Of a stretch of DNA of 64,000 bases, positions 50,382-59,393 are shown in pieces. The position numbers and the translations under genes are program-made. Position 1 is the stretch's first letter. Each line of letters begins with the position of its first letter. The DNA lies in contig JAVBTH010000001.1 in assembly GCA_031556235.1 (NCBI GenBank), positions 140,982 to 204,981 of the forward strand, given 5' to 3'. Source of the DNA: Bacilli bacterium (GTDB lineage: Bacteria > Bacillota_I > Bacilli_A > RFN20 > CAG-826). Below the pieces are notes generated by a model that saw nothing but the letters and a program-made list of their open reading frames with translations, made no database searches and was not told where the DNA came from.

Positions 50382-51461
50382 TTATCTTTTTACTATTATC
50401 GATAACAGCTCTTTTTCAATCCATGTTCTAACATTATCTATTATTGGAAGAAAGGATCCATCTAAAGGAAAACGATATCCTTGACAAGCGCCTTCACAAT
50501 GGTCACCACCAGTTTTGCGATAGCAACCAAATCCTTTTAGAATTTTTTGCTGTAAGGTTCCTGGAAAACTTTCAATAATACTAGGGAAATTAATAATGTT
50601 ATTTGATTTGATAATAAAACATATTCCATTTATTGAAGATGAAAATGTAAAAATCTCTTTGCTTTTATAAGAATAGATAATCTTAATACGAAAATATTTT
50701 GATTCAACTCTTTGTGTTAATCCTGATTGAATAAACAACTTATCAGTTTGCATAACAAAATCTTTTAAATCTGTTGGTAAAGGATTAATGAAATCCTTAA
50801 AATCCATATCTATTTGATCATTGCTATCTATTAGTATTTTATAATCGCAACTTAGAAAATAGTCTTGATATCCGAAGGTTCTTAATTTGCATTGCGCGGT
50901 AGCCATTGCTTTCATCCCTACTAGCATCATAGGATTATCTGGATATGATATCTTCAAAAATTCTAATTTTTCAATATTTGGATTTTTTTCATCTAAATTA
51001 ATTCCTTCAAAGCAAAAGCCACAGTTCTTTAGGTGTCGAAATCCTTCAATTAATTTTGAAATGCTCATTTTTGTTTTTGAATTCAAATTTGCGTTTCCTA
51101 CTAAACAAAGCGACTCGAAATCTTTTAATAATAAAGATTTATTGACATCAGATAGTTCACCATAGAAACCAATATTCACTAATATGCTAACTAAGTTATT
51201 GAATAAAGGAAAATCCTTAGATAAGGTTGTATTATCTTCAAACCCATGAGTTTTTTTAGTAACCTCTTCTCCAACAGTTTTATTGTTTGAAATATAATCA
51301 CAGAATCTATACAGAAACTTTCTAAAACCAAAAACACCTTCTCTAATACTCTCTTCATTGGAAATATTTTTGAATATTGGTTTAATTGAATAATTTTCAA
51401 GGATAGAGGTTGGCATTATCCCTTTTATGAATAAAGCCATATCTTTAGTTTGTTTTGGCAT
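50382..51461 (-). CDS. Hypothetical protein (359 aa) with a Cys-rich C-terminal patch (GFGCYRKTGGDHCEGACQGY)
   Basis: ORF track. Confidence 0.5.
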   Translation of the reverse strand: MPKQTKDMALFIKGIMPTSILENYSIKPIFKNISNEESIREGVFGFRKFLYRFCDYISNNKTVGEEVTKKTHGFEDNTTLSKDFPLFNNLVSILVNIGFYGELSDVNKSLLLKDFESLCLVGNANLNSKTKMSISKLIEGFRHLKNCGFCFEGINLDEKNPNIEKLEFLKISYPDNPMMLVGMKAMATAQCKLRTFGYQDYFLSCDYKILIDSNDQIDMDFKDFINPLPTDLKDFVMQTDKLFIQSGLTQRVESKYFRIKIIYSYKSKEIFTFSSSINGICFIIKSNNIINFPSIIESFPGTLQQKILKGFGCYRKTGGDHCEGACQGYRFPLDGSFLPIIDNVRTWIEKELLSIIVKR

Positions 51462-51746
51462 AGTATTGTCCTCATCTCTTATTTCGTTGTATTACTTTTT
51501 AAGTTTTTATAATTATCCATCAACTTTTCTATTTTTTGCTTTCTTAAAAACGAAAACTCATTTTGTTTTCAAATTTATCGAGAACACGCTGCCATATTAC
51601 CTGTCTATGGCAAAGTAATCTAATAGTCTGCTGTGTGCCATGGACCAGTTAAATGATGAAATATCGCTCTCTGAAACTAGCAAAGCAACATATTTTTAGC
51701 AATTTTCATATCGAAAATTTTCATGATTTTATTGATTTTTTAATAA

Positions 51747-52277
51747 TTATTTTAACTTTTCCAAAATATCCTCTTCTATTTTTTTTATATAATCGGACAT
51801 ATATATCCAATTCGGTTTTGCATTTTCATCAACTGGCAGTTTTATTTTAATTGTTTTCATTTGTTTATATCTAAATTGTTTTTTAAAACTAAAATTCGAG
51901 CAAATAGTATTGTGTATAACCGTGCATAAAAATAATCCTACATTTTTTCCATAGTTACCTATTACTGGATAAACGTTATCATCACAGACAAAACTATAAT
52001 CGTGATAAAAACAATTTCCAAACATATCTATTGTCACGCAATTGCTATATATTCTATTTCTTTCGGGAGGTGTAATATATTCTGATATGCCATTATTAAA
52101 CTGACCTGCCGTTATTAAAGGAACATCTCCAATTTTTCTATCGCTTTTCTTTAACCTAGCACCATGTTCACAATTTGGAAACAAATCAGTAAAATCAAAA
52201 TCCATCCAATCAAATGTTTCTAAAATTGTTTCTTTTTTAATTTTGCAAATAAAATTATTAATAAACGGAAAATTCAT
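51747..52277 (-). CDS. hsdS: Half-size Type I restriction-modification specificity subunit (single target-recognition domain HsdS)
   Basis: GDVPLITAGQFNNGI TRD pattern and a C-terminal conserved region ...IKIKLP...; start overlaps the stop of the upstream MTase gene. Confidence 0.6.
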   Translation of the reverse strand: MNFPFINNFICKIKKETILETFDWMDFDFTDLFPNCEHGARLKKSDRKIGDVPLITAGQFNNGISEYITPPERNRIYSNCVTIDMFGNCFYHDYSFVCDDNVYPVIGNYGKNVGLFLCTVIHNTICSNFSFKKQFRYKQMKTIKIKLPVDENAKPNWIYMSDYIKKIEEDILEKLK

Positions 52278-54025
52278 TATTTTACCTCCTTATTTTTCAA
52301 AGCGAATATATACCAGTCATAGTCTTTAATCGCCTGAATTTCTTTTTTAATACTATCCATTTTTATTTTAGCTTCTTCATTTTCAAATAAAACTCTTTCG
52401 AGCACTGTCTTGTAAAATTTTTCTTCACTAAGCACATTTTTTTCAACTTCCACATCATATTCTAATGTTCTTGAAATTTGTTTTGTTTCATGATCTAAAT
52501 TATTTGTGATTATATTAGTCCAATATGAAAGAAGATTATCCTTCCCGTCATCAATCCAGCGATCATTTATATCTTGTTTTCCAGCATTCTTTACTGTTAC
52601 TAATTCATCTTCTTTTATCCAATACTTGATTATGTGTTTATCATTATGTGGAGCATCAGTTTGGAAGATAAATATTGACGTTGTAACTCCTGCTATACCT
52701 TGCCATGTTTTTTCAGGCATTTTAATGATTTTTAATAAAGTATGTTTATTAAAAATGGATTTGACTATTTTTTCTGATTTTGTACATAGCGTTCTATCTG
52801 GTAGAATAAAAGCACAAAGAGAATCTTTTGAAACATTATCTAAAACATTTTTAACAATTTTAATGCCTGTTTGGTTTTCAAAAGGTGGATTCATGAGTAC
52901 TTTATTAATTCCCAGAGACTTTATCCATTCACCTACCTTATTACTTGTTGAATCTCCTTGTATAATATTTGTCTTTCCATCTTTATGCATTAGCATATTT
53001 ACGCATGATAATACATACAATTCTCTTGCCCATTCAATTCCGTAAAGACTATTTACAATTTCATTTTTTCTATCGGGTCTTTCTTTCAGCATTTTGCTCA
53101 TTGATTTAGTTAAAAAAGTACCAGACCCGCAAGCAGCATCCAAAATTCTGGAATTACTGTTTACACTTATAATTTTATACATTAAATCAGTCCAAATTTC
53201 AGGAGTAAATACTTGACCATGCTCTCTTTTCCCAGCATATCTTCTAAATTCATTAAAGAAAATTGCCATCGCATCTTTCCCATCCCATGAATATGAATTA
53301 ATCCATTCACTTATTTCATAAATATCATTATATATAGATTCTACACTTTTTTGTCCATCTTCATTCAAAGAGATTTTTTCAAATTCTTCAGACAGTAAAA
53401 ACAATTTACTATCCTTATGCATTGATCCGGTAGGGATTCTTTCCTTTATAATTTTAGCAATTGATTTTTTCATATCTTCAAAAGAAGTTGTTGGTACAGC
53501 TAAATCTTCATCTATTGCTATTCTAATACCTACTAGTGCCAATCCAGTAAATTTCATTCTAGATATTAAATCTGCGAGACCTAAACTATGTAATTTTTTA
53601 TTAATAGATTGAACTTTTAAATATATTGATTCTTTTGGAACAGGAACTTCAAATAATCCTTCATAATATGACATGGGTTTCAACAATTTTTCTGATGGAT
53701 GAGTTAAAGAAATGCATTCCTCTGTTTCAATATCATAAAGTATTCCAACTATTTTTCTTGTTTTCATTGCTTTTTCTAATTTTATGTAATTCTCTAATTG
53801 CTCTATATAAAATTCCAATTTTTTATTTTGTTTTTTTTCTATTAATACAGCAACACCATTATGGTAAAATCTCCTATCCAAAAACTTGTTTAACTTATCT
53901 CCTTCATTTTTTTCCAAAATTTTAGTTATTTGCTTTTTTGAAAAATACTTTTGGTATGAATATTCATTGTTTTCAATATTTGAAGTTAAAAATTCTTCAC
54001 CTATTATTTTTTCGAAATCTCTCAT
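52277..54025 (-). CDS. hsdM: N6-adenine DNA methyltransferase (HsdM-like, gamma-class)
   Basis: Motif X GQVFTPEIW, motif I ILDAACGSGTFL, motif IV NPPF. Confidence 0.8.
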   Translation of the reverse strand: MRDFEKIIGEEFLTSNIENNEYSYQKYFSKKQITKILEKNEGDKLNKFLDRRFYHNGVAVLIEKKQNKKLEFYIEQLENYIKLEKAMKTRKIVGILYDIETEECISLTHPSEKLLKPMSYYEGLFEVPVPKESIYLKVQSINKKLHSLGLADLISRMKFTGLALVGIRIAIDEDLAVPTTSFEDMKKSIAKIIKERIPTGSMHKDSKLFLLSEEFEKISLNEDGQKSVESIYNDIYEISEWINSYSWDGKDAMAIFFNEFRRYAGKREHGQVFTPEIWTDLMYKIISVNSNSRILDAACGSGTFLTKSMSKMLKERPDRKNEIVNSLYGIEWARELYVLSCVNMLMHKDGKTNIIQGDSTSNKVGEWIKSLGINKVLMNPPFENQTGIKIVKNVLDNVSKDSLCAFILPDRTLCTKSEKIVKSIFNKHTLLKIIKMPEKTWQGIAGVTTSIFIFQTDAPHNDKHIIKYWIKEDELVTVKNAGKQDINDRWIDDGKDNLLSYWTNIITNNLDHETKQISRTLEYDVEVEKNVLSEEKFYKTVLERVLFENEEAKIKMDSIKKEIQAIKDYDWYIFALKNKEVK

Positions 54026-54388
54026 AAATACTGCTCCTTAATGCATTTTATTATTTACATGCTGCTTTATATTATTTTATTTGCTTATTCAGAATAGGCA
54101 ATTATTTTATGCTGCCACTTCATAATACAGTTGCTATCAAATTGTTGAATACTGATTTTCTACAATAAACAGCTATGTGACAATACTTTTATCTACTGTA
54201 AAGCAATACGACTGTCTCAACGTGTGCGGAGTTATAGAAATTGCTTTAAAAAATATTGCTGAGACTATGCAAGAGATATAGCATTTAAGTAATTAATTGA
54301 ACTCAAAAATAAAAAATTACTATATAATAAAAAAAATCAACTTTGAGAAATTGATTCTTTTTGGTAAAATATTAATGGTGATTAGATT

Positions 54389-55009
54389 ATGATAACAGTA
54401 AGAAAAATACAAAATGTTATAAAAGAAAATGGCAGAATCTCGACTCTTGCAGATATTTATTCTACATATGAAAAATTATATCCAGAAGATTTAATTGGAA
54501 AGAAAGCTTGGACTTCTTTGATTAGAAATTTAATATATTTTCATGCCGAAGAATGTGATAAACATAACAATAAATATCCTATTCTTTTTTATTCAGTAAA
54601 TGGAAAGGGCTCTGGGGTTTGGGGGCTATGTGATGTTCCAAATAGCGAGGTTAATTTACCAAGTATATCTTCACTAAATGATATGGTATTTCCTGAAGGA
54701 GCATTGTATGAATATCGTCATATGAAAAAAGAAAGAAATAGCAAATTAATTCATGAAGCAAAAAAACGTTTTTTACAACAACATGGAAAAATATATTGTC
54801 AGATATGTGGTTTTAATTTTTATGAAAAATATGGAGTTATTGGCAAAGATTTTATTGAAGCTCATCACATAATTCCGATTTCAGATGTAGATGCTGAATA
54901 TGATGCAAAAGTAGAAGATATTATTTTAGTATGTTCAAATTGCCATAGCATGCTTCATATTAAGCGTCCTTGGCTTACTGCAGATGAATTGAAAAAATTA
55001 TTAAAATAG
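54389..55009 (+). CDS. HNH endonuclease with an N-terminal winged-helix-like domain
   Basis: CQICG...EAHHIIP...VCSNCHSMLH His-Me finger with two CxxC pairs. Confidence 0.75.
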   Translation: MITVRKIQNVIKENGRISTLADIYSTYEKLYPEDLIGKKAWTSLIRNLIYFHAEECDKHNNKYPILFYSVNGKGSGVWGLCDVPNSEVNLPSISSLNDMVFPEGALYEYRHMKKERNSKLIHEAKKRFLQQHGKIYCQICGFNFYEKYGVIGKDFIEAHHIIPISDVDAEYDAKVEDIILVCSNCHSMLHIKRPWLTADELKKLLK

Positions 55010-55025
55010 AAGCACTATCAAATAA

Positions 55026-55056
55026 AAAACGACTTCAGTAAATAGTCGTTTTAAAG
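55026..55056. terminator. Bidirectional terminator (aacgact/agtcgtt stem flanked by A/T runs)
   Basis: Between the convergent HNH gene and the 395-aa gene. Confidence 0.6.
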
Positions 55057-55068
55057 TTTATATGCTTT

Positions 55069-56256
55069 TTAATCGTAAATTCCTAAATTTAATCTTTTTT
55101 CTAATATTTCAAATATTTCTCTTGTGGAACTTAAGTATTTTGGCCTTGCATCCAAATACCTATTTACTCCTTCTTCATCCATGCTTTTAATTGTATTTGA
55201 TAAAAATGAGTGAACAACATTTTCTATTGATGAAAAAGTTAAATATAATTGATAAATACAATCTGCATGAAAAGCTCCTCTATTATAAGTCGCATGAACT
55301 GCAGACGAATGGATAACCTTACTAGCATCTTTATAAAAATTATAGCGATGACTCTGATTTGCTAACTTAGATAAGGTTTCTTTAAAATTTAAATTTCTAT
55401 TCTCATAATCTTTTATTCTTAAAATCCAACCTAAATTTATAAAAGCTTTTTTATTATTCATTTTATAATATTCCATCTCAGTTTTTAAGGATTCAGATAG
55501 TTCCTTATTCTCTTCATTATCATCATAGTCTAGTGGCAAGTATTTTAAATGATCAACATATGCTTTACTTAAAATATTATCATAATTATTTAATAAAATT
55601 ATAGTGCATTCTAATTCATGACAAGTTCTCCAAAGGCTATAAGCTTCACTATCATATCCATTTGATAGCAAGTCTGCAATTGCATTAATTGTACATAATG
55701 ATTTTACAAACAAATTAAGTAATGTGGTTATTTTTTCATCATTAGTTTTTAATTTCGGATAAATTTCCAAAATGCAATGATTAATAAACCTTGTATACAT
55801 TTTTAAATTTCCTATTTCAGGCGAATATTTATTAGTAAATGACAACGGATTTATCTGAAGATGCTCATTAAATATTAACTTTGCAGTAACTTCTTCAACT
55901 ATTTTATTTTGATAATTTATATCATCTTGTAGAGATGCTCTTGCACTGTCTTCTAGATGGGATGTTCTAAAATAATGTTCATATGCAATATATGGAATCA
56001 TGTCTTTGAATTGCATATATTCATGAAGAGGAACATTTAAATTTCTTTTTGCCATTTCTTGAAAATAAAAACCATTAACCATTCCTAAAATCTTTTTAAC
56101 AAAATTCTTCTTGATTTTATCCCTATTATTTATTTTGGACCAAATCGAATCAAATTCCATTTCCAAAAAAGATTGCATTTGCTTATTCATTAATTCAAGT
56201 GCTTGTTTTTGACTATTACTAAGCATAACTTTATTATTTATAGTTACAGAATTCAA
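55069..56256 (-). CDS. Hypothetical protein (395 aa from a TTG start with a GGGGTGA SD; alternative ATG at 56226)
   Basis: ORF track; predicted all-alpha; no motif recognised. Confidence 0.5.
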   Translation of the reverse strand: MNSVTINNKVMLSNSQKQALELMNKQMQSFLEMEFDSIWSKINNRDKIKKNFVKKILGMVNGFYFQEMAKRNLNVPLHEYMQFKDMIPYIAYEHYFRTSHLEDSARASLQDDINYQNKIVEEVTAKLIFNEHLQINPLSFTNKYSPEIGNLKMYTRFINHCILEIYPKLKTNDEKITTLLNLFVKSLCTINAIADLLSNGYDSEAYSLWRTCHELECTIILLNNYDNILSKAYVDHLKYLPLDYDDNEENKELSESLKTEMEYYKMNNKKAFINLGWILRIKDYENRNLNFKETLSKLANQSHRYNFYKDASKVIHSSAVHATYNRGAFHADCIYQLYLTFSSIENVVHSFLSNTIKSMDEEGVNRYLDARPKYLSSTREIFEILEKRLNLGIYD

Positions 56257-56350
56257 TTTATCACCCCATAATTATAAATATTATATCATTTAAAGTTGTT
56301 TTTTCAAAATGAAAACCACTTAATCTTCATATGTGGTCTTGCTTATATTT

Positions 56351-57205
56351 CTACACTTTCAATTGATTTTTATATTTTTCACCGAAATTATTAATCAAAT
56401 CCTTTGCCCAGTTCTCAATATTAATATTTTCTTCAATAACAAATTCTTGACCTCTACATGCCGATTTAAAGTGATCATCTTTCCAATTATCCGCTGTATG
56501 GTACGTAATAGTTAAATTTTTAAAAAAATCTGGTAAATCCCATTTAGTTCTAGTCATCCCTTTTTTAGTTAAATTCAATTTTTCATTATATGAAAACATT
56601 CCATAACCTTTAATTCCTTCATTAAATGAACATTTTTCTCTAGCGATATATATGCAATTATTATCATTATACTTTTTATAATCAGCATGAGGATGCAGTT
56701 TCAGCCAGTTTGGTATTTCATCCTTTTTTGGATGAATAATTTTCCCAATTTCTAAGTATCCAAATATAATGTGCTTATCTTCATTATTTTTGAATTTATT
56801 CTTATTGTTTACAATTTCGACCTCCCTAAACCAGCCAAAAAATAAAAATAGATCTCCTTCTTTAATTTTCTCTTTTTCCAGATGTCCTTGTGCACTATCT
56901 ACTTGTCCAAAACTCCCTAGCCAATCATTATCCCTTTCAACTGAATTAAAAGTAATATCTGGATCTAAATGACAAGTTATATTATCATCTAGTTCTCGCT
57001 TTAACTTATTTAGCCAAACATGATCATTTAGCTGGTACATTATATCTATTAATCTTTTCCCGCTGGATGTTTTTAAATTTGAATAACATCTTTTATCATC
57101 TAAACTTGGTATTGGAAAAGTAACAAGTTCGCCATCTGGCAATATAACACTAGGGTATCCACCATATCCAGAATCAAACCCTTTTCTACTTAAAATAACC
57201 TTCAT
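56351..57205 (-). CDS. Hypothetical protein (284 aa), N-terminus MKVILSRKGFDSGYGG; possible PUA/ASCH-like beta-barrel segment
   Basis: ORF track; AAAGGAA SD. Confidence 0.5.
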   Translation of the reverse strand: MKVILSRKGFDSGYGGYPSVILPDGELVTFPIPSLDDKRCYSNLKTSSGKRLIDIMYQLNDHVWLNKLKRELDDNITCHLDPDITFNSVERDNDWLGSFGQVDSAQGHLEKEKIKEGDLFLFFGWFREVEIVNNKNKFKNNEDKHIIFGYLEIGKIIHPKKDEIPNWLKLHPHADYKKYNDNNCIYIAREKCSFNEGIKGYGMFSYNEKLNLTKKGMTRTKWDLPDFFKNLTITYHTADNWKDDHFKSACRGQEFVIEENINIENWAKDLINNFGEKYKNQLKV

Positions 57206-57236
57206 TAATAATCATTCCTTTTTAAAACTTTTATAA

Positions 57237-57518
57237 TTATTTCTTATTTTCAACAAATATTTTATAAGCTCTTAATGCACTAATTACAGAATTATGGCTT
57301 TTTCTGCCATTGGCTTCTTTAATTCCTCCGACACCATAGTCGATTACGAATCTATTAATTTGTGATGCTAGTGCTTCCCAAGTAAGTCTTTCATCAGCAC
57401 ATACTCCTGCTATTCTTTTACAATAATCATAAACAGTGCTAGGATTACCGCTAGGCGTTAGCACTTTATATCCTTTATTAATAAGAAATTGTCTAAATTG
57501 CTCTTCTAAATAATTCAT
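57237..57518 (-). CDS. Hypothetical small protein (93 aa), first gene of a 3-gene cassette
   Basis: ORF track; AGGAG SD 10 nt upstream. Confidence 0.5.
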   Translation of the reverse strand: MNYLEEQFRQFLINKGYKVLTPSGNPSTVYDYCKRIAGVCADERLTWEALASQINRFVIDYGVGGIKEANGRKSHNSVISALRAYKIFVENKK

Positions 57519-57527
57519 TAAAATACA

Positions 57528-57555
57528 CTCCTATTATGTTACAAATATTATACCA
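57528..57555 (-). promoter_or_regulatory. Extended -10 promoter (TGgTATAAT) and AGGAG SD driving the 93-aa gene
   Basis: Minus-strand reading: ...TGGTATAATATTTGTAACATAATAGGAGTGTATTTTATG. Confidence 0.4.
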
Positions 57556-57580
57556 TACAATCATCATGTCTTTGTAAACA

Positions 57581-57618
57581 AAAAAAGCCACTATCCCCCG
57601 ATTAAGGAAGTAGTGGCT
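57581..57618 (-). terminator. Intrinsic terminator ending the phage late/lysis transcript (agccacta/tagtggct stem with a U7 run on the minus strand)
   Basis: 8-bp stem, 17-nt loop, and TTTTTTT on the minus strand immediately after the stop of the 57624..58112 gene. Confidence 0.65.
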
Positions 57619-57623
57619 TACTT

Positions 57624-58112
57624 TTATTTTGAATTCAAATATTCATCTATTAATTTTTCGGATTCCGATAAAGTATTTTTACCTTCCATTTTATTGCTGA
57701 AAGATACATATTCATCAATAATTGAATTTATCTTACTTTCATTTAATTCTACAAAATCTACTGCTTTAGAAATTGATCCAGTGGTATTAGTAATCCATTC
57801 CGATAAGCGAAGGATTACTTCTTTTTTCTTTTCATCACCACTTAGATACTGCTCTCCTTTTTCTTTAGCGATAGCATTCTTTTCTTCTACAATAAGAATG
57901 AACTCTTTTATTGCTTTTTGGACATTGTCATCAAAAATAATGTCTTTTGCTTTTATTACCAAATCAGCAACATTCGAAGAAGTCTTTTTTAAATCATCTT
58001 TAACTTCTTTTATAACATCAGCAAAACTTTTATTCTTACCTAATTTACTAGTTACATATAAAGCTAAAACTGCTAATAAAGCAATTAATAACATAATCTC
58101 AAGTGTTGTCAT
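57624..58112 (-). CDS. Phage membrane protein (N-terminal TM plus coiled coil; XhlA/holin-associated-like)
   Basis: MTTLEIMLLIALLAVLALYV TM segment, then a charged helical region; position at the end of the late operon. Confidence 0.4.
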   Translation of the reverse strand: MTTLEIMLLIALLAVLALYVTSKLGKNKSFADVIKEVKDDLKKTSSNVADLVIKAKDIIFDDNVQKAIKEFILIVEEKNAIAKEKGEQYLSGDEKKKEVILRLSEWITNTTGSISKAVDFVELNESKINSIIDEYVSFSNKMEGKNTLSESEKLIDEYLNSK

Positions 58113-58416
58113 TTTTCTTTCCTCCTAATTTTTCATAAAGATTGACATGTGAATCCTCGAGTCTTGAAACACGATGTTCCAAAACATTAACATCTTTTTT
58201 TATTGATTTGATATCCTGTGAATGGATTTCCAGTAGATTCAGCATCTTACCATTTTGCTTTTCTATTTTAGAAAGGTTTTGCAAGACTTCTGCATTATTA
58301 CTATCATTCTTTTTTTGTTGTGATTTGAACTGCTTAATAGTTGTTAATACAACTACAACAACCATAACAATTAAATAGATAATATTATCTAATTTAAAAA
58401 GTTGATCTATGCTCAT
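58099..58416 (-). CDS. Phage membrane protein (TM plus coiled coil; XhlA-like)
   Basis: IIYLIVMVVVVVLTT TM segment plus a coiled-coil region; overlaps its neighbours. Confidence 0.4.
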   Translation of the reverse strand: MSIDQLFKLDNIIYLIVMVVVVVLTTIKQFKSQQKKNDSNNAEVLQNLSKIEKQNGKMLNLLEIHSQDIKSIKKDVNVLEHRVSRLEDSHVNLYEKLGGKKNDNT

Positions 58417-59066
58417 TTGTTCAATTCCTCCTTAAATTTTCTTATGTATTCTAAAGACTCTTTTATTTCTGCGTGGAGTCTTACTCCAGTTTCACTATTC
58501 CAATTATGCTTATAACTTAATAATTTAGTTCGCCATGGTTCTGCTATATCAAGAGTCAGCTTTCCAGTTTCTTTATAATTTTCAATGACTCCTCTTAACC
58601 TAAAGACATGATACATTTTTTTAGTTGGCTTGGCTGATTCATTATAGTGGTAATAATAATACTGCAGATTCTTATCTAAGAATTCTTTATATCTATCAAT
58701 CAATTTGATATTTATAAATTCTTTATATTCACTTTCATATGCTGGATTTAAATAAATTAATGTTTCATCAATTGATAAAGCATCATCAATAAAAATCTTA
58801 TTATAAATAGGTAAGTCGCTACTCATATCTTGTCTTGTTAAGAATTTATCCTCGCCATAAATAAAATAATCAATCCCATCTATTTCTGTATGTATAAAAC
58901 CTTTTAATCCATTTACAAATACATTAACATCAATGTCACTGTATTCATCTTCATAAATTCCAAACGCTAAAGAACCACCAAAATACATAAACATAATATC
59001 CTTGTCTTTTAATAGTCCTTTTGCATAAGTAATAATTTTTTCTTTATCAATATTCTTTGGTACCAT
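58413..59066 (-). CDS. Nucleotidyltransferase (NTP_transf_2 / pol-beta superfamily; ANT(4')/Lnu-like architecture)
   Basis: FGGSLAFGIYEDEYSDIDVNVFV matches the G[GS]...DxD minimal-NTase signature; compare KNTase GVYGSLGRQTDGPYSDIEMMCVM. Confidence 0.6.
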   Translation of the reverse strand: MVPKNIDKEKIITYAKGLLKDKDIMFMYFGGSLAFGIYEDEYSDIDVNVFVNGLKGFIHTEIDGIDYFIYGEDKFLTRQDMSSDLPIYNKIFIDDALSIDETLIYLNPAYESEYKEFINIKLIDRYKEFLDKNLQYYYYHYNESAKPTKKMYHVFRLRGVIENYKETGKLTLDIAEPWRTKLLSYKHNWNSETGVRLHAEIKESLEYIRKFKEELNK

Positions 59067-59385
59067 CTTTCTTTTCCTCCTTATTTTCTAGATTCAACGA
59101 TTCCATATCATCTTCTGCATCTTCAAAATTTATTGCATTTTCTTTTAACCACCAATAAGCTGCTTCAATCACATTTGAATTTAAAAAAAGTGGAAAATCC
59201 TCTTCAGGAACTTCCACATCGACCATGTCCAATGGTTCACAGTTTTGCCTTCTAGTTTCTTTTGAAACGAATGAAGCAATACATATAATTACTTTTTTCA
59301 CTAAATAATTAACTGATATTGCAACGACTCGATGGTAACTCGCACTACAACCATAACTTGAATTAATTTCTTTGATTATTGCCAT
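59047..59385 (-). CDS. Hypothetical protein with an acidic C-terminal tail (112 aa); its 3' end overlaps the NTase start by 20 nt
   Basis: ORF track. Confidence 0.45.
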   Translation of the reverse strand: MAIIKEINSSYGCSASYHRVVAISVNYLVKKVIICIASFVSKETRRQNCEPLDMVDVEVPEEDFPLFLNSNVIEAAYWWLKENAINFEDAEDDMESLNLENKEEKKDGTKEY

Positions 59386-59393
59386 TTATTAAC

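Noticed and set aside
51653-51850. Small ORFs in the AT-rich gap between the S gene and the 359-aa gene (51427..51618, 51653..51850)
   Set aside because: Low-complexity Phe/Ile/Leu-rich translations without an SD. The region is better explained as a prophage/chromosome junction or regulatory DNA.
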